The position numbers and the translations under genes are program-made. From contig NZ_CAKZHQ010000043.1 in assembly GCF_936925435.1 (NCBI RefSeq), positions 8,859-72,858 of the forward strand: a stretch of DNA of 64,000 nucleotides, in the 5' to 3' direction. Positions 11,384-20,436 of this stretch are shown here, piece after piece (the stretch's first letter is position 1; each line of letters opens with the position of its first letter). The DNA comes from an uncultured Ramlibacter sp. Its GTDB lineage: Bacteria; Pseudomonadota; Gammaproteobacteria; Burkholderiales; Burkholderiaceae_C. The notes under the pieces were generated by a model. It did not search any database. It was given only the letters and a program-made list of their open reading frames with translations, and was not told where the DNA came from.

Positions 11384-12100
11384 ATGCGCCAGATCGTTCT
11401 CGACACCGAAACCACCGGCCTGTCCGCCGAAGGCGGCGACCGCATCATTGAAATCGGCTGCGTGGAGCTGTTTGCGCGCAAGCTCACCGGCAACAACAAG
11501 CATTTCTACCTGAACCCGGAGCGCGACAGCCACGAAGACGCGCTCAAGGTGCACGGCATCAGCAACGAGTTCCTGCGCGACAAGCCCAAGTTCGCGGCTG
11601 TGGTCGAGGAACTGATGGAGTACCTGCGCGGCGCCGAGATCATCATCCACAACGCCGCCTTCGACGTCAGTTTCCTGAACAAGGAACTGGAACTGGTCGG
11701 CCGGCCCGGCTTCAAGACCGTGGTGGGCAGCGTCACCGACACCCTGGTGATGGCCAAGGAGATGTACCCCGGCAAGCGCAACAGCCTGGACGCGCTGTGC
11801 GACCGGCTGGGCGTGGACAACTCCAGCCGCACCCTGCACGGCGCCTTGCTGGATGCGGAGCTGTTGGCCGACGTCTATATCAACCTCACGCGCGGCCAGG
11901 ACGCGCTGCTGATCGACGTGGCCGACACCAGCGCGGCGGCCGGCATCGCCACCCGCATCGACCTGACAGCCTTCACGCTGCCGGTGCTGCTGGCCAGCGA
12001 GCAGGAAACCACGGCCCACGAAGAGGTGCTCATGCAGTTGGACAAGGCCAGCGGCGGCAAGACGCTGTGGCGGCAGAACCCTGCTCAGCCTGTGGCATAA
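11384..12100 (+). CDS. dnaQ: DNA polymerase III epsilon subunit (3'-5' proofreading exonuclease)
   Basis: 238 aa. Exo motifs DTETTG, HNAAFD, HGALLDAELLADVY. Confidence 0.9.
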   Translation: MRQIVLDTETTGLSAEGGDRIIEIGCVELFARKLTGNNKHFYLNPERDSHEDALKVHGISNEFLRDKPKFAAVVEELMEYLRGAEIIIHNAAFDVSFLNKELELVGRPGFKTVVGSVTDTLVMAKEMYPGKRNSLDALCDRLGVDNSSRTLHGALLDAELLADVYINLTRGQDALLIDVADTSAAAGIATRIDLTAFTLPVLLASEQETTAHEEVLMQLDKASGGKTLWRQNPAQPVA

Positions 12101-12124
12101 TTGCAGGCTTCCTGAACGAATTCA

Positions 12125-12199
12125 GGGCGATTAGCTCAGGGGTAGAGCACTGCATTCACACTGCAGGGGTCGCAAGTTCGAAACTTGCATCGCCCACCA
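12125..12199 (+). tRNA. tRNA-Val (anticodon CAC)
   Basis: Folded by hand. Acceptor GGGCGAT/ATCGCCC, D stem GCTC/GAGC, anticodon stem CTGCA/TGCAG with loop TTCACAC, T stem GCAAG/CTTGC with TTCGAAA loop, encoded CCA. Confidence 0.9.
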
Positions 12200-12204
12200 G
12201 ACAC

Positions 12205-12229
12205 AAAGCCGGCCTCGCGCCGGCTTTTT
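12205..12229 (+). terminator. rho-independent terminator after tRNA-Val
   Basis: AAAGCCGGC-CTCGC-GCCGGCTTTTT: GC stem followed by a T run. Confidence 0.6.
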
Positions 12230-12291
12230 GCTGTCCGGCGTCGGCCGGGTCAGGTGGCCCAGGCCCGTCTGCGCTGGGCGACAATGGCCGT

Positions 12292-13143
12292 ATGGGTTCA
12301 CAGATTCATGTTGTGCCGGGCAGCACTGCGCTCGTGCTCGACTCGCCGCACAGCGGCGTTCACTATCCCGCCGACTTCGCCCACGCCTGCGATCCGCTGC
12401 TGCTGCGCCAGGCCGAGGACACCCACGTCGAGAAGCTCTACGCCTTCGCGCCCGGCCTGGGCGTGGCCTGGATCGAGGCGCTGTTTCCGCGCAGCTATCT
12501 CGATGCCAATCGCAACACCACCGAAATCGATGCCGCGCTGTTCGACCAGACCTGGCCCGACGCCATCGAGACCGACCCCGCGGCCCTGGCCAAGGTGCGC
12601 CTGGGCAAGGGCCTGATCTGGCGCCTGACCGACGATGGCCTTCCCCTGTACGACCGCAAGCTCCGCGTCGCCGAGGTCCAAGCGCGCATCGCCAACTGCT
12701 GGCGGCCCTACCACGCGGCCGTGGCGGCCGCGATTGACGCCGCGCACGCGCGCCATGGCTACAGCATCCACCTGAACTGCCACTCCATGCCGGCCATTGC
12801 CAGCAGCCACGCCACCGGTTTTCCGGGCATGGTTCACGCCGACTTCGTCATCGGCGACCGCGACGGCAGCACGGCGGACCCGCGCCTGTCGGCCCTGGTC
12901 TGCGAGCACCTGCGCGGCCTGGGCTACAGCGTGGACTACAACCATCCCTACAAGGGCGTGGAACTGGTGCGCCGCTACGGCGAGCCGGCGCGCCAGCGCC
13001 ACAGCCTGCAGGTGGAGATCAACCGCAAGCTCTACATGGACGAGCAGACGCTGGAGATGACGGCCGGCTTCGACGCCTTGCGCACGAACCTGCGCTCCCT
13101 GGTGGAACTGCTGCTGCAAATCGATCCGCGCACTTTCGCCTGA
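12292..13143 (+). CDS. N-formylglutamate amidohydrolase-family protein
   Basis: Real part of ORF 11797..13143, starting [22 protein letters not shown]. FGase-like motifs [21 protein letters not shown]. Confidence 0.8.
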   Translation: MGSQIHVVPGSTALVLDSPHSGVHYPADFAHACDPLLLRQAEDTHVEKLYAFAPGLGVAWIEALFPRSYLDANRNTTEIDAALFDQTWPDAIETDPAALAKVRLGKGLIWRLTDDGLPLYDRKLRVAEVQARIANCWRPYHAAVAAAIDAAHARHGYSIHLNCHSMPAIASSHATGFPGMVHADFVIGDRDGSTADPRLSALVCEHLRGLGYSVDYNHPYKGVELVRRYGEPARQRHSLQVEINRKLYMDEQTLEMTAGFDALRTNLRSLVELLLQIDPRTFA

Positions 13144-14258
13144 TGGACCAGGTCGACGCCCTCGTCATTGGCGCCGGCGTGGTCGGCCTGGCTGTCGGCC
13201 GGGCCTTGGCCCAGGCTGGCCTGGAGACCATCGTGGCCGAGGCAGGCACGGCCATCGGCCAGGGCGTGAGCTCGCGCAACAGCGAGGTCATCCACGCCGG
13301 CCTCTACTACGCCCCCGGTTCGCTGAAAGCCCGCCTGTGCGTGCAGGGCAAGGACCTGCTCTATGCCCTGTGCGAGAGCCATGGTGTCGGCCACCGACGC
13401 TGCGGCAAGCTGGTGGTGGCGCAGAACGGCGCCGAGGTCACTGCACTGCGGGTGCTGGAGCAGCGCGCGGCCGCCAACGGCGTGCCGGTGCAATGGCTGG
13501 ATGCTGCCCAGGCACGCGCCCTGGAGCCCGACCTGCAATGCGCGGCGGCGCTGCTGTCGCCGACCACCGGCATCGTCGACAGCCACGGCTTCATGCTCGC
13601 CTTGCAAGGTGACATGGAGCGCGCCGGCGGCATGCTGGCCCTGGGGTCGGCCGTCGATTCCGCTGTGTTGGGCCGCGGCGGCGAGCCCCATGTGCTGCGG
13701 CTGGCCGATGGCAGCGAGATCGCGGCACGCGCCATCGTCAATTCGGCCTCGCTGCATGCCTGCGCGCTGGCGCGGCGCTTCCAGGGACTGGACCAACGCC
13801 ACATCCCGCAGGAATATTTCGCCAAGGGCAGCTACTACGCCTTGGCCGGCAAGGCGCCGTTCTCGCGCCTGGTTTACCCGGCGCCGGCCGATGCCTGGCT
13901 GGGCGTGCACCTGACGCTGGACCTGGGCGGCCAGGCCAAGTTCGGCCCCGACCTGGAATGGCTGGATGCGCCCGTGCCGGAGGCGATTGACTATGCGGTC
14001 GACCCGCGCCGCGCCGACAGCTTTTATGCCGAGGTGCGGCGCTACTGGCCGGCGCTGCCCGACGGGGCGCTGCAGCCCAGCTACAGCGGCGTGCGTCCCA
14101 AGATCTATGGGCCGGGCCAGAGCGCGCCGGATTTCCGCATCGACGGGCCCGCGGTGCACGGCGTCGCCGGCCTGGTCAATTTGTTCGGCATCGAGTCGCC
14201 GGGCCTGACCAGTTCCCTGGCCATCGCCGCCCTGGTTGTGAGTGAAATCGGCCTGTAA
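13143..14258 (+). CDS. FAD-dependent oxidoreductase (L-2-hydroxyglutarate oxidase / DAO-family-like)
   Basis: 371 aa. [18 protein letters not shown]...VAEA dinucleotide fold. Start overlaps the upstream stop (TGATG). Confidence 0.75.
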   Translation: MDQVDALVIGAGVVGLAVGRALAQAGLETIVAEAGTAIGQGVSSRNSEVIHAGLYYAPGSLKARLCVQGKDLLYALCESHGVGHRRCGKLVVAQNGAEVTALRVLEQRAAANGVPVQWLDAAQARALEPDLQCAAALLSPTTGIVDSHGFMLALQGDMERAGGMLALGSAVDSAVLGRGGEPHVLRLADGSEIAARAIVNSASLHACALARRFQGLDQRHIPQEYFAKGSYYALAGKAPFSRLVYPAPADAWLGVHLTLDLGGQAKFGPDLEWLDAPVPEAIDYAVDPRRADSFYAEVRRYWPALPDGALQPSYSGVRPKIYGPGQSAPDFRIDGPAVHGVAGLVNLFGIESPGLTSSLAIAALVVSEIGL

Positions 14259-14282
14259 GCCTTAGAAAATGGGCCTGGCCAG

Positions 14283-15329
14283 CTATCGATTTGATAGCTT
14301 TTGCAGGGCTTTCGCGGCTTCACCGACCAACTCGGGGCCGCGGTAGATCAGGCCTGTGTAGATCTGCACCACGTCGGCGCCGGCTTCGATCTTGCTCAGC
14401 GCATCGGCTGCGCTGAGCACGCCGCCCACGCCGATGATGGGAAAGCCCTTGCCCAGGCGCGCGCGCAGCTGGGCGATCACCCGGTTGCTCGCTAGCAGCA
14501 CCGGCGCGCCGCTCAGGCCGCCGGCTTCTTCGGCATGCGGCAGGCCCTGGACGGCATCGCGCGCGATGGTGGTGTTTGTGGCGACCACGCCGTCCATGGC
14601 GTGGCGCTGCAGCGTGGCGGCGATCACGTCGACCTGGGCCTCGTCGAGGTCGGGAGCGATCTTCACGAAGATGGGCACGCGGCGGCCGTGCTGTTGCGCC
14701 AGTTCCTCGCGCCTCTGCGCCACCGCGCCCAGCAGGGCGTCCAGCGCTTCGTCGCTTTGCAGGGCGCGCAGGTTCTTGGTGTTGGGGCTGGAGATGTTGA
14801 CTGTCACGTAGTCGGCGTGCGGATAGACGCCATCCAGGCAGGCCAGGTAGTCGCTGGTGGCGTTCTCGATGGGCGTGGCGGCGTTCTTGCCGATGTTCAG
14901 GCCCAGGATACGGCCCTTGGCGCGGAAGGACGAGCGCTGCACGTTGGCCAGGAAGGCGTCCAGGCCATCGTTGTTGAAGCCCAGCCGGTTGATCAGGGCA
15001 TTGGCCTGCGGCAGGCGGAACATGCGCGGCTTGGGATTGCCCGGCTGGGCCTTGGGCGTGACGGTGCCGACCTCGACAAAGCCGAAGCCCATGGCGCCCA
15101 GACCGTCGATGCAGCGCGCGTTCTTGTCCAGGCCGGCGGCCAGGCCGACGCGGTTGGGAAAGCGCAGGCCGGCCAGGGTGACCGGGTCGTCGACCATGGC
15201 GTTGCACCAGGCCCAGGCCAGGGGCGTGCCCTGCAGGCAGGCCAGCGACTGCATGGTCAGGTCATGGGCGGCTTCCGGGTCGAGGCCAAAAAGCAGGGGA
15301 CGGGCGAGCGAATAAGGCAGCAGGGACAT
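14283..15329 (-). CDS. pyrD: dihydroorotate dehydrogenase (quinone), class 2
   Basis: 348 aa. [33 protein letters not shown] motifs. Confidence 0.9.
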   Translation of the reverse strand: MSLLPYSLARPLLFGLDPEAAHDLTMQSLACLQGTPLAWAWCNAMVDDPVTLAGLRFPNRVGLAAGLDKNARCIDGLGAMGFGFVEVGTVTPKAQPGNPKPRMFRLPQANALINRLGFNNDGLDAFLANVQRSSFRAKGRILGLNIGKNAATPIENATSDYLACLDGVYPHADYVTVNISSPNTKNLRALQSDEALDALLGAVAQRREELAQQHGRRVPIFVKIAPDLDEAQVDVIAATLQRHAMDGVVATNTTIARDAVQGLPHAEEAGGLSGAPVLLASNRVIAQLRARLGKGFPIIGVGGVLSAADALSKIEAGADVVQIYTGLIYRGPELVGEAAKALQKLSNR

Positions 15330-15364
15330 TGGATAATTCCGTGAAACTTCCGAGATTTTCCCAG

Positions 15365-16036
15365 ATGACCCAAGACGAACTCAAAACCCTGGTCGGCCAG
15401 GCCGCCCTCCAGTACGTTGTGGCCGGCGAAATCGTCGGTGTCGGCACGGGCTCGACAGTGAACAAGTTCATTGAGGCCCTGGCCACGATGAAGGACCGTA
15501 TCCCCGGTGCGGTCTCCAGCTCGGTGGCATCCACCGAGCGGCTGCGCGCCATCGGCATCCCGGTGTTCGACGCCAACGAGGTGGGCGAGTTGTCGGTCTA
15601 CATCGACGGCGCCGACGAGATCGACGGTCGCGGCCACATGGTCAAGGGCGGCGGCGCGGCGTTGACGCGCGAGAAGATCGTGGCGGCTCAGTCACGCCGC
15701 TTCGTCTGCATCGCCGACGAGTCCAAGCTGGTGCAGGCGCTGGGCGCCTTCCCGCTGCCGGTGGAAGTGATCCCGATGGCGGCCCAGCGCATCGCGCGCC
15801 AGTTCGCGGCCCTGGGCGGCAAGGTGGCGCTGCGCCTGAAGGACGGCCAGCCGCTGGTCACCGACAACGGCCAGCACATCCTGGACGTCACCGGCCTGAG
15901 CATCAGCGAGCCGCTGTCCTTCGAGAGCGAGGTCAACCAGTGGCCTGGCGTGGTGACGGTGGGCGTCTTTGCCCACCAGAAGGCCGCCGTCTGCCTGCTG
16001 GGCACGGCTAGCGGCGTGAAGACGCTGACCTACTGA
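15365..16036 (+). CDS. rpiA: ribose-5-phosphate isomerase A
   Basis: Starts [25 protein letters not shown], matching the E. coli RpiA N-terminus as I recall it. [11 protein letters not shown] motif. The track ORF begins earlier at a TTG. Confidence 0.9.
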   Translation: MTQDELKTLVGQAALQYVVAGEIVGVGTGSTVNKFIEALATMKDRIPGAVSSSVASTERLRAIGIPVFDANEVGELSVYIDGADEIDGRGHMVKGGGAALTREKIVAAQSRRFVCIADESKLVQALGAFPLPVEVIPMAAQRIARQFAALGGKVALRLKDGQPLVTDNGQHILDVTGLSISEPLSFESEVNQWPGVVTVGVFAHQKAAVCLLGTASGVKTLTY

Positions 16037-16049
16037 GCCGGGCGGCGGC

Positions 16050-16715
16050 TCAGAAGCGGATGCCGGTGGGGTTGCTGGGGGAGGGGCCAGCAGCGGCCGG
16101 CGGCGCGGCCACAGGCGCCGGGGCTGGCGGCGGTGCGGCTTGCGCGGCCGGAGCTGGTGCCTGTTGCTGCACAGCCACCAGCGGCGAGGCTGCCGGCTGG
16201 CGGTAAGAGGAGGGCAGCTGCGATGTCTTGGGATAGCCCGCGGCATCCAGGAATTGCGACCACTCCACTTCCGAGTAGCCTTTGAGCTGCTGGCCGCCGA
16301 TGGTCACGAAGGGCAGGCTGGAAGCGCCGCTGAGGCGCTTGAGGGCGTCGATGTCCTCATTGCTCGCAACGAGCTTCTCGCTGAAGGGGATGCCCCGGCT
16401 GGCCAGCAGGGCCCGGCCGCTGCCGCACGGGCCGCAGTTGGGGCCGGTGTACAGGGTCACCGGGTACTTGGCGGCCACCTGGCGCAATTCGAAGGGCAGG
16501 GCGGCGGTGGCATTGCCCGATCCCGCACCCTGCATGGGCACCGTCGGTGCAGCGGCGGCGTTTTTGGCGCTGGGCTCGGGCGGCGGCTTGTCCGAAAAGG
16601 TGACGCGGCCGTCAGGCCCGGTGATGCGGTAGACCTGAGCGTGCACAGCAGGGGCCAGGATGGCGGCCATCAGGCCGGCAAGGCTGGCAGCGAGCAGGGG
16701 ACGGGTAACAGGCAT
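16050..16715 (-). CDS. secreted DUF4124-like + glutaredoxin-domain protein with Pro/Ala-rich tail
   Basis: Start at MPVTRPLLAASLAG after GGAGAGGAAG. Signal peptide, VYRITGPDGRVTFSDKPP (DUF4124-like), VTLYTGPNCGPCGSGRALL (CGPC thioredoxin fold). Confidence 0.75.
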   Translation of the reverse strand: MPVTRPLLAASLAGLMAAILAPAVHAQVYRITGPDGRVTFSDKPPPEPSAKNAAAAPTVPMQGAGSGNATAALPFELRQVAAKYPVTLYTGPNCGPCGSGRALLASRGIPFSEKLVASNEDIDALKRLSGASSLPFVTIGGQQLKGYSEVEWSQFLDAAGYPKTSQLPSSYRQPAASPLVAVQQQAPAPAAQAAPPPAPAPVAAPPAAAGPSPSNPTGIRF

Positions 16716-16755
16716 CAGCTTCCTCTCCAAGAGCGATGGGGATGGGGACAGTATC

Positions 16756-18810
16756 TCAGGCCATGCCCTGGTGGCGTAACAAGGCGTCAAGTGAAGGTTC
16801 GCGGCCGCGGAAGGCCTTGAACGACTCCATGGCGGGCCGGCTGCCGCCGGCTTCGAGGATGGCCTCGCGGTATTTTCGCCCGGTTTCGATGCTGGGCGCG
16901 CCGTCCTTGCCGGCCGCTTCCTCGAAGGCCGCATAGGCGTCAGCCGAGAGCACCTCGGCCCACTTGTAGCTGTAGTAGCCGGCGGCGTACCCGCCCGCGA
17001 AGATGTGGCTGAAGGTGTGGGCCGTGCGGCTGAAGGCCGGCGACTGCAACACCGCCACCTCGGCGCGGACCTGGGCCAGCAGCGGCATGAAGTCCTGCGC
17101 CGGGTCGTGCTCGGTGTGCAGCAGCATGTCGAACAGGGAGAACTCGATCTGGCGCAGCGTGCTCAGGCCGCTCTGGAAGTTCTTGCCCGCCGTCATCTTG
17201 TCGAACAGCTCGCGCGGCAGTGTTGCGCCCGTGTCCACATGGGCCGTCATGTGCTTGAGCACGTCCCACTCCCAGCAGAAGTTCTCCATGAACTGGCTGG
17301 GCAGTTCCACAGCGTCCCATTCGACGCCGCTGATGCCCGAGACGTCACGCTCGTTGACGCGGGTGAGCAGGTGGTGCAGGCCGTGGCCGAACTCGTGGAA
17401 CAGGGTGGTGACGTCGTCGTGCGTCAGCAGCGGCGGCTTGCCGTCCACACCGTCGGCGAAGTTGCACACCAGATGGGCGATCGGGGTTTGCAGCTTGCCG
17501 TCGTCGGGACGCAGCCAGCGGGCCCGCACGTCGTCCATCCAGGCGCCGCCACGCTTGCCGCTGCGGGCGGCCGGGTCCAGGTAGAACTGGCCGACCAGCT
17601 CGGTGCTGATGCGGTCGCCTTGCTTGCGCTCGCGCTCGATGCGGTAGAACTCCACGCCCTCGTTCCACACCGGCGCCACGTCGCGGCGGATGCTGACCTC
17701 GAACAGGGTCTCGACAATCTTGAACAGGCCCGCCAGCACCTTGGGCGCGGTGAAGTACTGCTTGACCTCCTGTTCGCTGAAGGCATAGCGCTCTTCCTTG
17801 AGCTTCTCGCCGATATAGGACCAGTCCCAGGGCTGGGGGTCGTTCAGGCCCAGCTTGTCGGCGGCAAAGGCGCGCAGGTCGGCAAGGTCCTTGAGGGCAT
17901 AGGGCCGGGCCTTGGCGGCCAGGTCGCGCAGGAAGGCGATGACCTGGGCGGGCGAGTCGGCCATCTTGGCCACGACCGAGACCTCGCCGAAGTTGTTGAA
18001 GCCCAGCAGGCGGGCCTCCTCCTGGCGCAGGGCCAGGATCTCGCGGATCAGGGCGCTGTTGTCGAATTGGGCGAACTCGGCCGGCGCCTGGTCGCTGGCG
18101 CGGGTGACGTAGGCGCGGTAGAGCTTTTCGCGCAGCGCGCTGCTGTGGGCGAACTGCATCACCGGCAGGTAGCTGGGCATCTTCAGCGTGAGCTTGTGGC
18201 CGGCCTTGTCCTCCGTCTGGGCCGCCGCGCGCGCGGCCTGCACCACATCGGCCGGCACGCCGGCGAGCTCGTCTTCGCTGGCGTAGTAGCTCCAGGCATC
18301 GGTGGCATCCAAGGCGTGCTCGCTGAACTTCTGGCTCAGTTCGGCCTGGCGCTCCTGGATGGCGGCAAAGCGTTCCTTGGCCGCGCCCGTGAGCTCGGCG
18401 CCGCCCAGCGCGAAGTTGCGCATGGCATTTTTCTGCGCCTGGCGTTGCTCGGGGTTGAGCGCGGCCGGGTCTATGGATTTGTACTTGGCGTAGAGCCGCT
18501 CGTCCGAGCCCAGGCGCGTCCAGAACTCGGTGACCTTGGGCAGGGCCTCGTTGTAGGCGGCGCGCAATTGCGGCGTGTCGGCCACGCTATTGAGGTGGCT
18601 GACCACGCCCCAGGCGCGGCCCAGCTGCTCGGTGGCGCAGTCCAACGTGCGGGCCAGGGCTTCCCACTGGGCGGGGAACTCGGGCGCCACCACCTTGTCC
18701 AGCGCCTCCTCGCTTTGCGCCAGCAGCGCATCGATGGCGGGGACCACGTGTTCGGGTCGGACCTGATCGAACAGGGGGAGGTCGGAGAAGTCGAGGAGGG
18801 GATTGCTCAT
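16756..18810 (-). CDS. prlC: oligopeptidase A (M3 metallopeptidase)
   Basis: Start at MSNPLLDFSDLPLFD with a GGAAGGGA RBS. HEFGH zinc motif (TLFHEFGHGLHHLL). Confidence 0.9.
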   Translation of the reverse strand: MSNPLLDFSDLPLFDQVRPEHVVPAIDALLAQSEEALDKVVAPEFPAQWEALARTLDCATEQLGRAWGVVSHLNSVADTPQLRAAYNEALPKVTEFWTRLGSDERLYAKYKSIDPAALNPEQRQAQKNAMRNFALGGAELTGAAKERFAAIQERQAELSQKFSEHALDATDAWSYYASEDELAGVPADVVQAARAAAQTEDKAGHKLTLKMPSYLPVMQFAHSSALREKLYRAYVTRASDQAPAEFAQFDNSALIREILALRQEEARLLGFNNFGEVSVVAKMADSPAQVIAFLRDLAAKARPYALKDLADLRAFAADKLGLNDPQPWDWSYIGEKLKEERYAFSEQEVKQYFTAPKVLAGLFKIVETLFEVSIRRDVAPVWNEGVEFYRIERERKQGDRISTELVGQFYLDPAARSGKRGGAWMDDVRARWLRPDDGKLQTPIAHLVCNFADGVDGKPPLLTHDDVTTLFHEFGHGLHHLLTRVNERDVSGISGVEWDAVELPSQFMENFCWEWDVLKHMTAHVDTGATLPRELFDKMTAGKNFQSGLSTLRQIEFSLFDMLLHTEHDPAQDFMPLLAQVRAEVAVLQSPAFSRTAHTFSHIFAGGYAAGYYSYKWAEVLSADAYAAFEEAAGKDGAPSIETGRKYREAILEAGGSRPAMESFKAFRGREPSLDALLRHQGMA

Positions 18811-18885
18811 ATCCCTTCCATTTTGCGACAGCCGGCGCTGTTTCAACCGGGACTGGGGATCAAAGTCCCCAATCACCGCGATGCA

Positions 18886-19737
18886 TCAGGCCGATGCGCG
18901 CTCAGCAGCTTCCAGCGTGTTGACCAGCAGCATGGCGCGGGTCATGGGGCCGACGCCGCCCGGCACAGGCGTGATCCAGCCGGCCACCTGCTTGACGCCG
19001 TCGAAATCGACATCGCCGCAGAGCTTGCCTTCGTCGTTGCGGTTCATGCCCACGTCGATCACCACCGCGCCGGGCTTGACCATGTCGGCCGTCAGCACAT
19101 TGCGCTTGCCGACGGCGGCGACCACCACGTCGGCCTGCAAGGTCATGGCCTTCAAGTCCTTGGTGGCGCTGTGGCAGATGGTGACGGTGGCGTTCTGGCC
19201 CAGCAGCATCAGGGCCATGGGCTTGCCCACGATGTTGCTGCGGCCTATCACCACCGCGTGCTTGCCCTTGAGGTCGTAGCCTATGGATTCCAGCATCTTC
19301 ATGCAGCCATAGGGCGTGCAGGGCCAGAAGCCGGCTTGTCCGGTCATCAAGGCGCCGGCGCTGGCCACGTGGAAGCCGTCCACGTCCTTGGCCGGGGCAA
19401 TCGTCTCGATGACCTTGCTGGCGTCCATGTGCTTGGGCAGGGGCAGCTGCACCAGGATGCCGTGGACCTTGGGATCGGCATTGAGTTCTTCGATGCGGCG
19501 CAGCAGGTCGGCCTCGGCCATGTCGGCCGGATAGCGTTCCAGCGTGGCCGCCAGGCCTGTCTCGGTGCTGTCGTTGACCTTGTGCCTGGTGTAGACCTGG
19601 CTGGCCGGGTCCTCGCCCACCAGGATGATGGCCAGGGCGGGCTGGATGCCCTGGGCCTGGAGGGCGGCGGTGCGGCCGGCGACTTCGGCGCGGATCTGCT
19701 TGGCGAGGGCGTTGCCGTCGATGGATTGGGCTGTCAT
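18886..19737 (-). CDS. folD: bifunctional methylenetetrahydrofolate dehydrogenase/cyclohydrolase
   Basis: 283 aa. [47 protein letters not shown]. Confidence 0.95.
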   Translation of the reverse strand: MTAQSIDGNALAKQIRAEVAGRTAALQAQGIQPALAIILVGEDPASQVYTRHKVNDSTETGLAATLERYPADMAEADLLRRIEELNADPKVHGILVQLPLPKHMDASKVIETIAPAKDVDGFHVASAGALMTGQAGFWPCTPYGCMKMLESIGYDLKGKHAVVIGRSNIVGKPMALMLLGQNATVTICHSATKDLKAMTLQADVVVAAVGKRNVLTADMVKPGAVVIDVGMNRNDEGKLCGDVDFDGVKQVAGWITPVPGGVGPMTRAMLLVNTLEAAERASA

Positions 19738-19809
19738 GGCCGTGGTCTCAGATGAAAAGTGGGTGCAGCCCGCATGGTACGGGCGCAGGTTGCTATCGAA
19801 AAAGGAGCG

Positions 19810-20436
19810 TCAGGTCTTGGGCGCGTTCTGTCCCAGGGCGATCTTGAGCAGGTCGGCCACGGTGTTGGCGTTGAGCTTTTCCATGATGTTGGCGCGGTGC
19901 GCTTCCACCGTCTTGATGCTGATGCCCAGGTCGTCGGCGATCTGCTTGTTCAGGCGGCCGGCGACGATGCGCTCGAGCACCTGGGCCTCGCGCGAGGTCA
20001 GCTTGGACAGCAGGGCGTCGCGGCTGGCGGCGCTCTGGTATTCGGCGAAGGCGCCGCGGGCGTGCTCGAGCATGCGCTCGACCAGGCCGACCAGGTCGTC
20101 TTCCTTGAAGGGCTTCTGGATGAAGTCCATCGCGCCCTTCTTCATGGTGTTGACCGCCATGGGCACGTCGCCGTGGCCGGTGATGAAGACGATGGGCAGC
20201 GGCGACTTGCGCTCGATCAGCCGGTCCTGCAACTCCAGCCCGGTCATGCCGCCCATGCGGATATCGACGATCAGGCAGGCCACCTCGCGCGGGTCGTAGC
20301 GCGAGAGGAAGGATTCGGCGGAATCGAAGCAGCGGACCCGGTAGTCCTTGCCTTCCAGCAACCACTGGAGGGAGTCACGGACGGCCTCGTCGTCATCGAC
20401 GACGTAGACCGTGCCTTTCTTCGGAATCAGGCTCAT
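19810..20436 (-). CDS. FixJ/LuxR-type response regulator
   Basis: Real part of ORF 19810..21324: MSLIPKKGTVYVVDDDEAVRDS...LIVDIRMGGMTG (receiver) plus LTSREAQVLERIVAGRLNKQIADDLGISIKTVEAHRANIMEKL (HTH). ATG overlaps the kinase stop (ATGA). Confidence 0.85.
   Translation of the reverse strand: MSLIPKKGTVYVVDDDEAVRDSLQWLLEGKDYRVRCFDSAESFLSRYDPREVACLIVDIRMGGMTGLELQDRLIERKSPLPIVFITGHGDVPMAVNTMKKGAMDFIQKPFKEDDLVGLVERMLEHARGAFAEYQSAASRDALLSKLTSREAQVLERIVAGRLNKQIADDLGISIKTVEAHRANIMEKLNANTVADLLKIALGQNAPKT

Noticed and set aside
11370-12106. Identical 12-mer GCATAATTGCAG immediately before the dnaQ ATG (11370-11381) and across its stop codon (12095-12106)
   Set aside because: It is intriguing because it brackets the gene exactly and is AT-rich. 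However, a single 12-nt match is within chance expectation for a 64-kb window (of the order of N^2/(2*4^12) pairs under uniform composition). There is no other sign of a mobile cassette.
12125-14258. tRNA-Val followed by accessory-looking genes, as a possible integrated genomic island
   Set aside because: There is no integrase, no direct repeat of the tRNA 3' end downstream, and no visible compositional change. A normal terminator follows the tRNA.
17005-19755. 916-aa plus-strand ORF spanning prlC and folD. Similar giants occur at 23119..25881(-), 26238..28037(-), 40514..43039(-), 43061..46105(-), 54608..56449(-), 56047..57972(-), 59197..61830(-) and 62652..63830(-).
   Set aside because: All are antisense to strongly supported housekeeping genes (prlC/folD, aceE, aceF, prpE, sucA, rluD/scpB, rluB, rlmN-rodZ, hisS). 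All have low-complexity Arg/Ala/Gly/Pro composition, so they are GC-driven artefacts.
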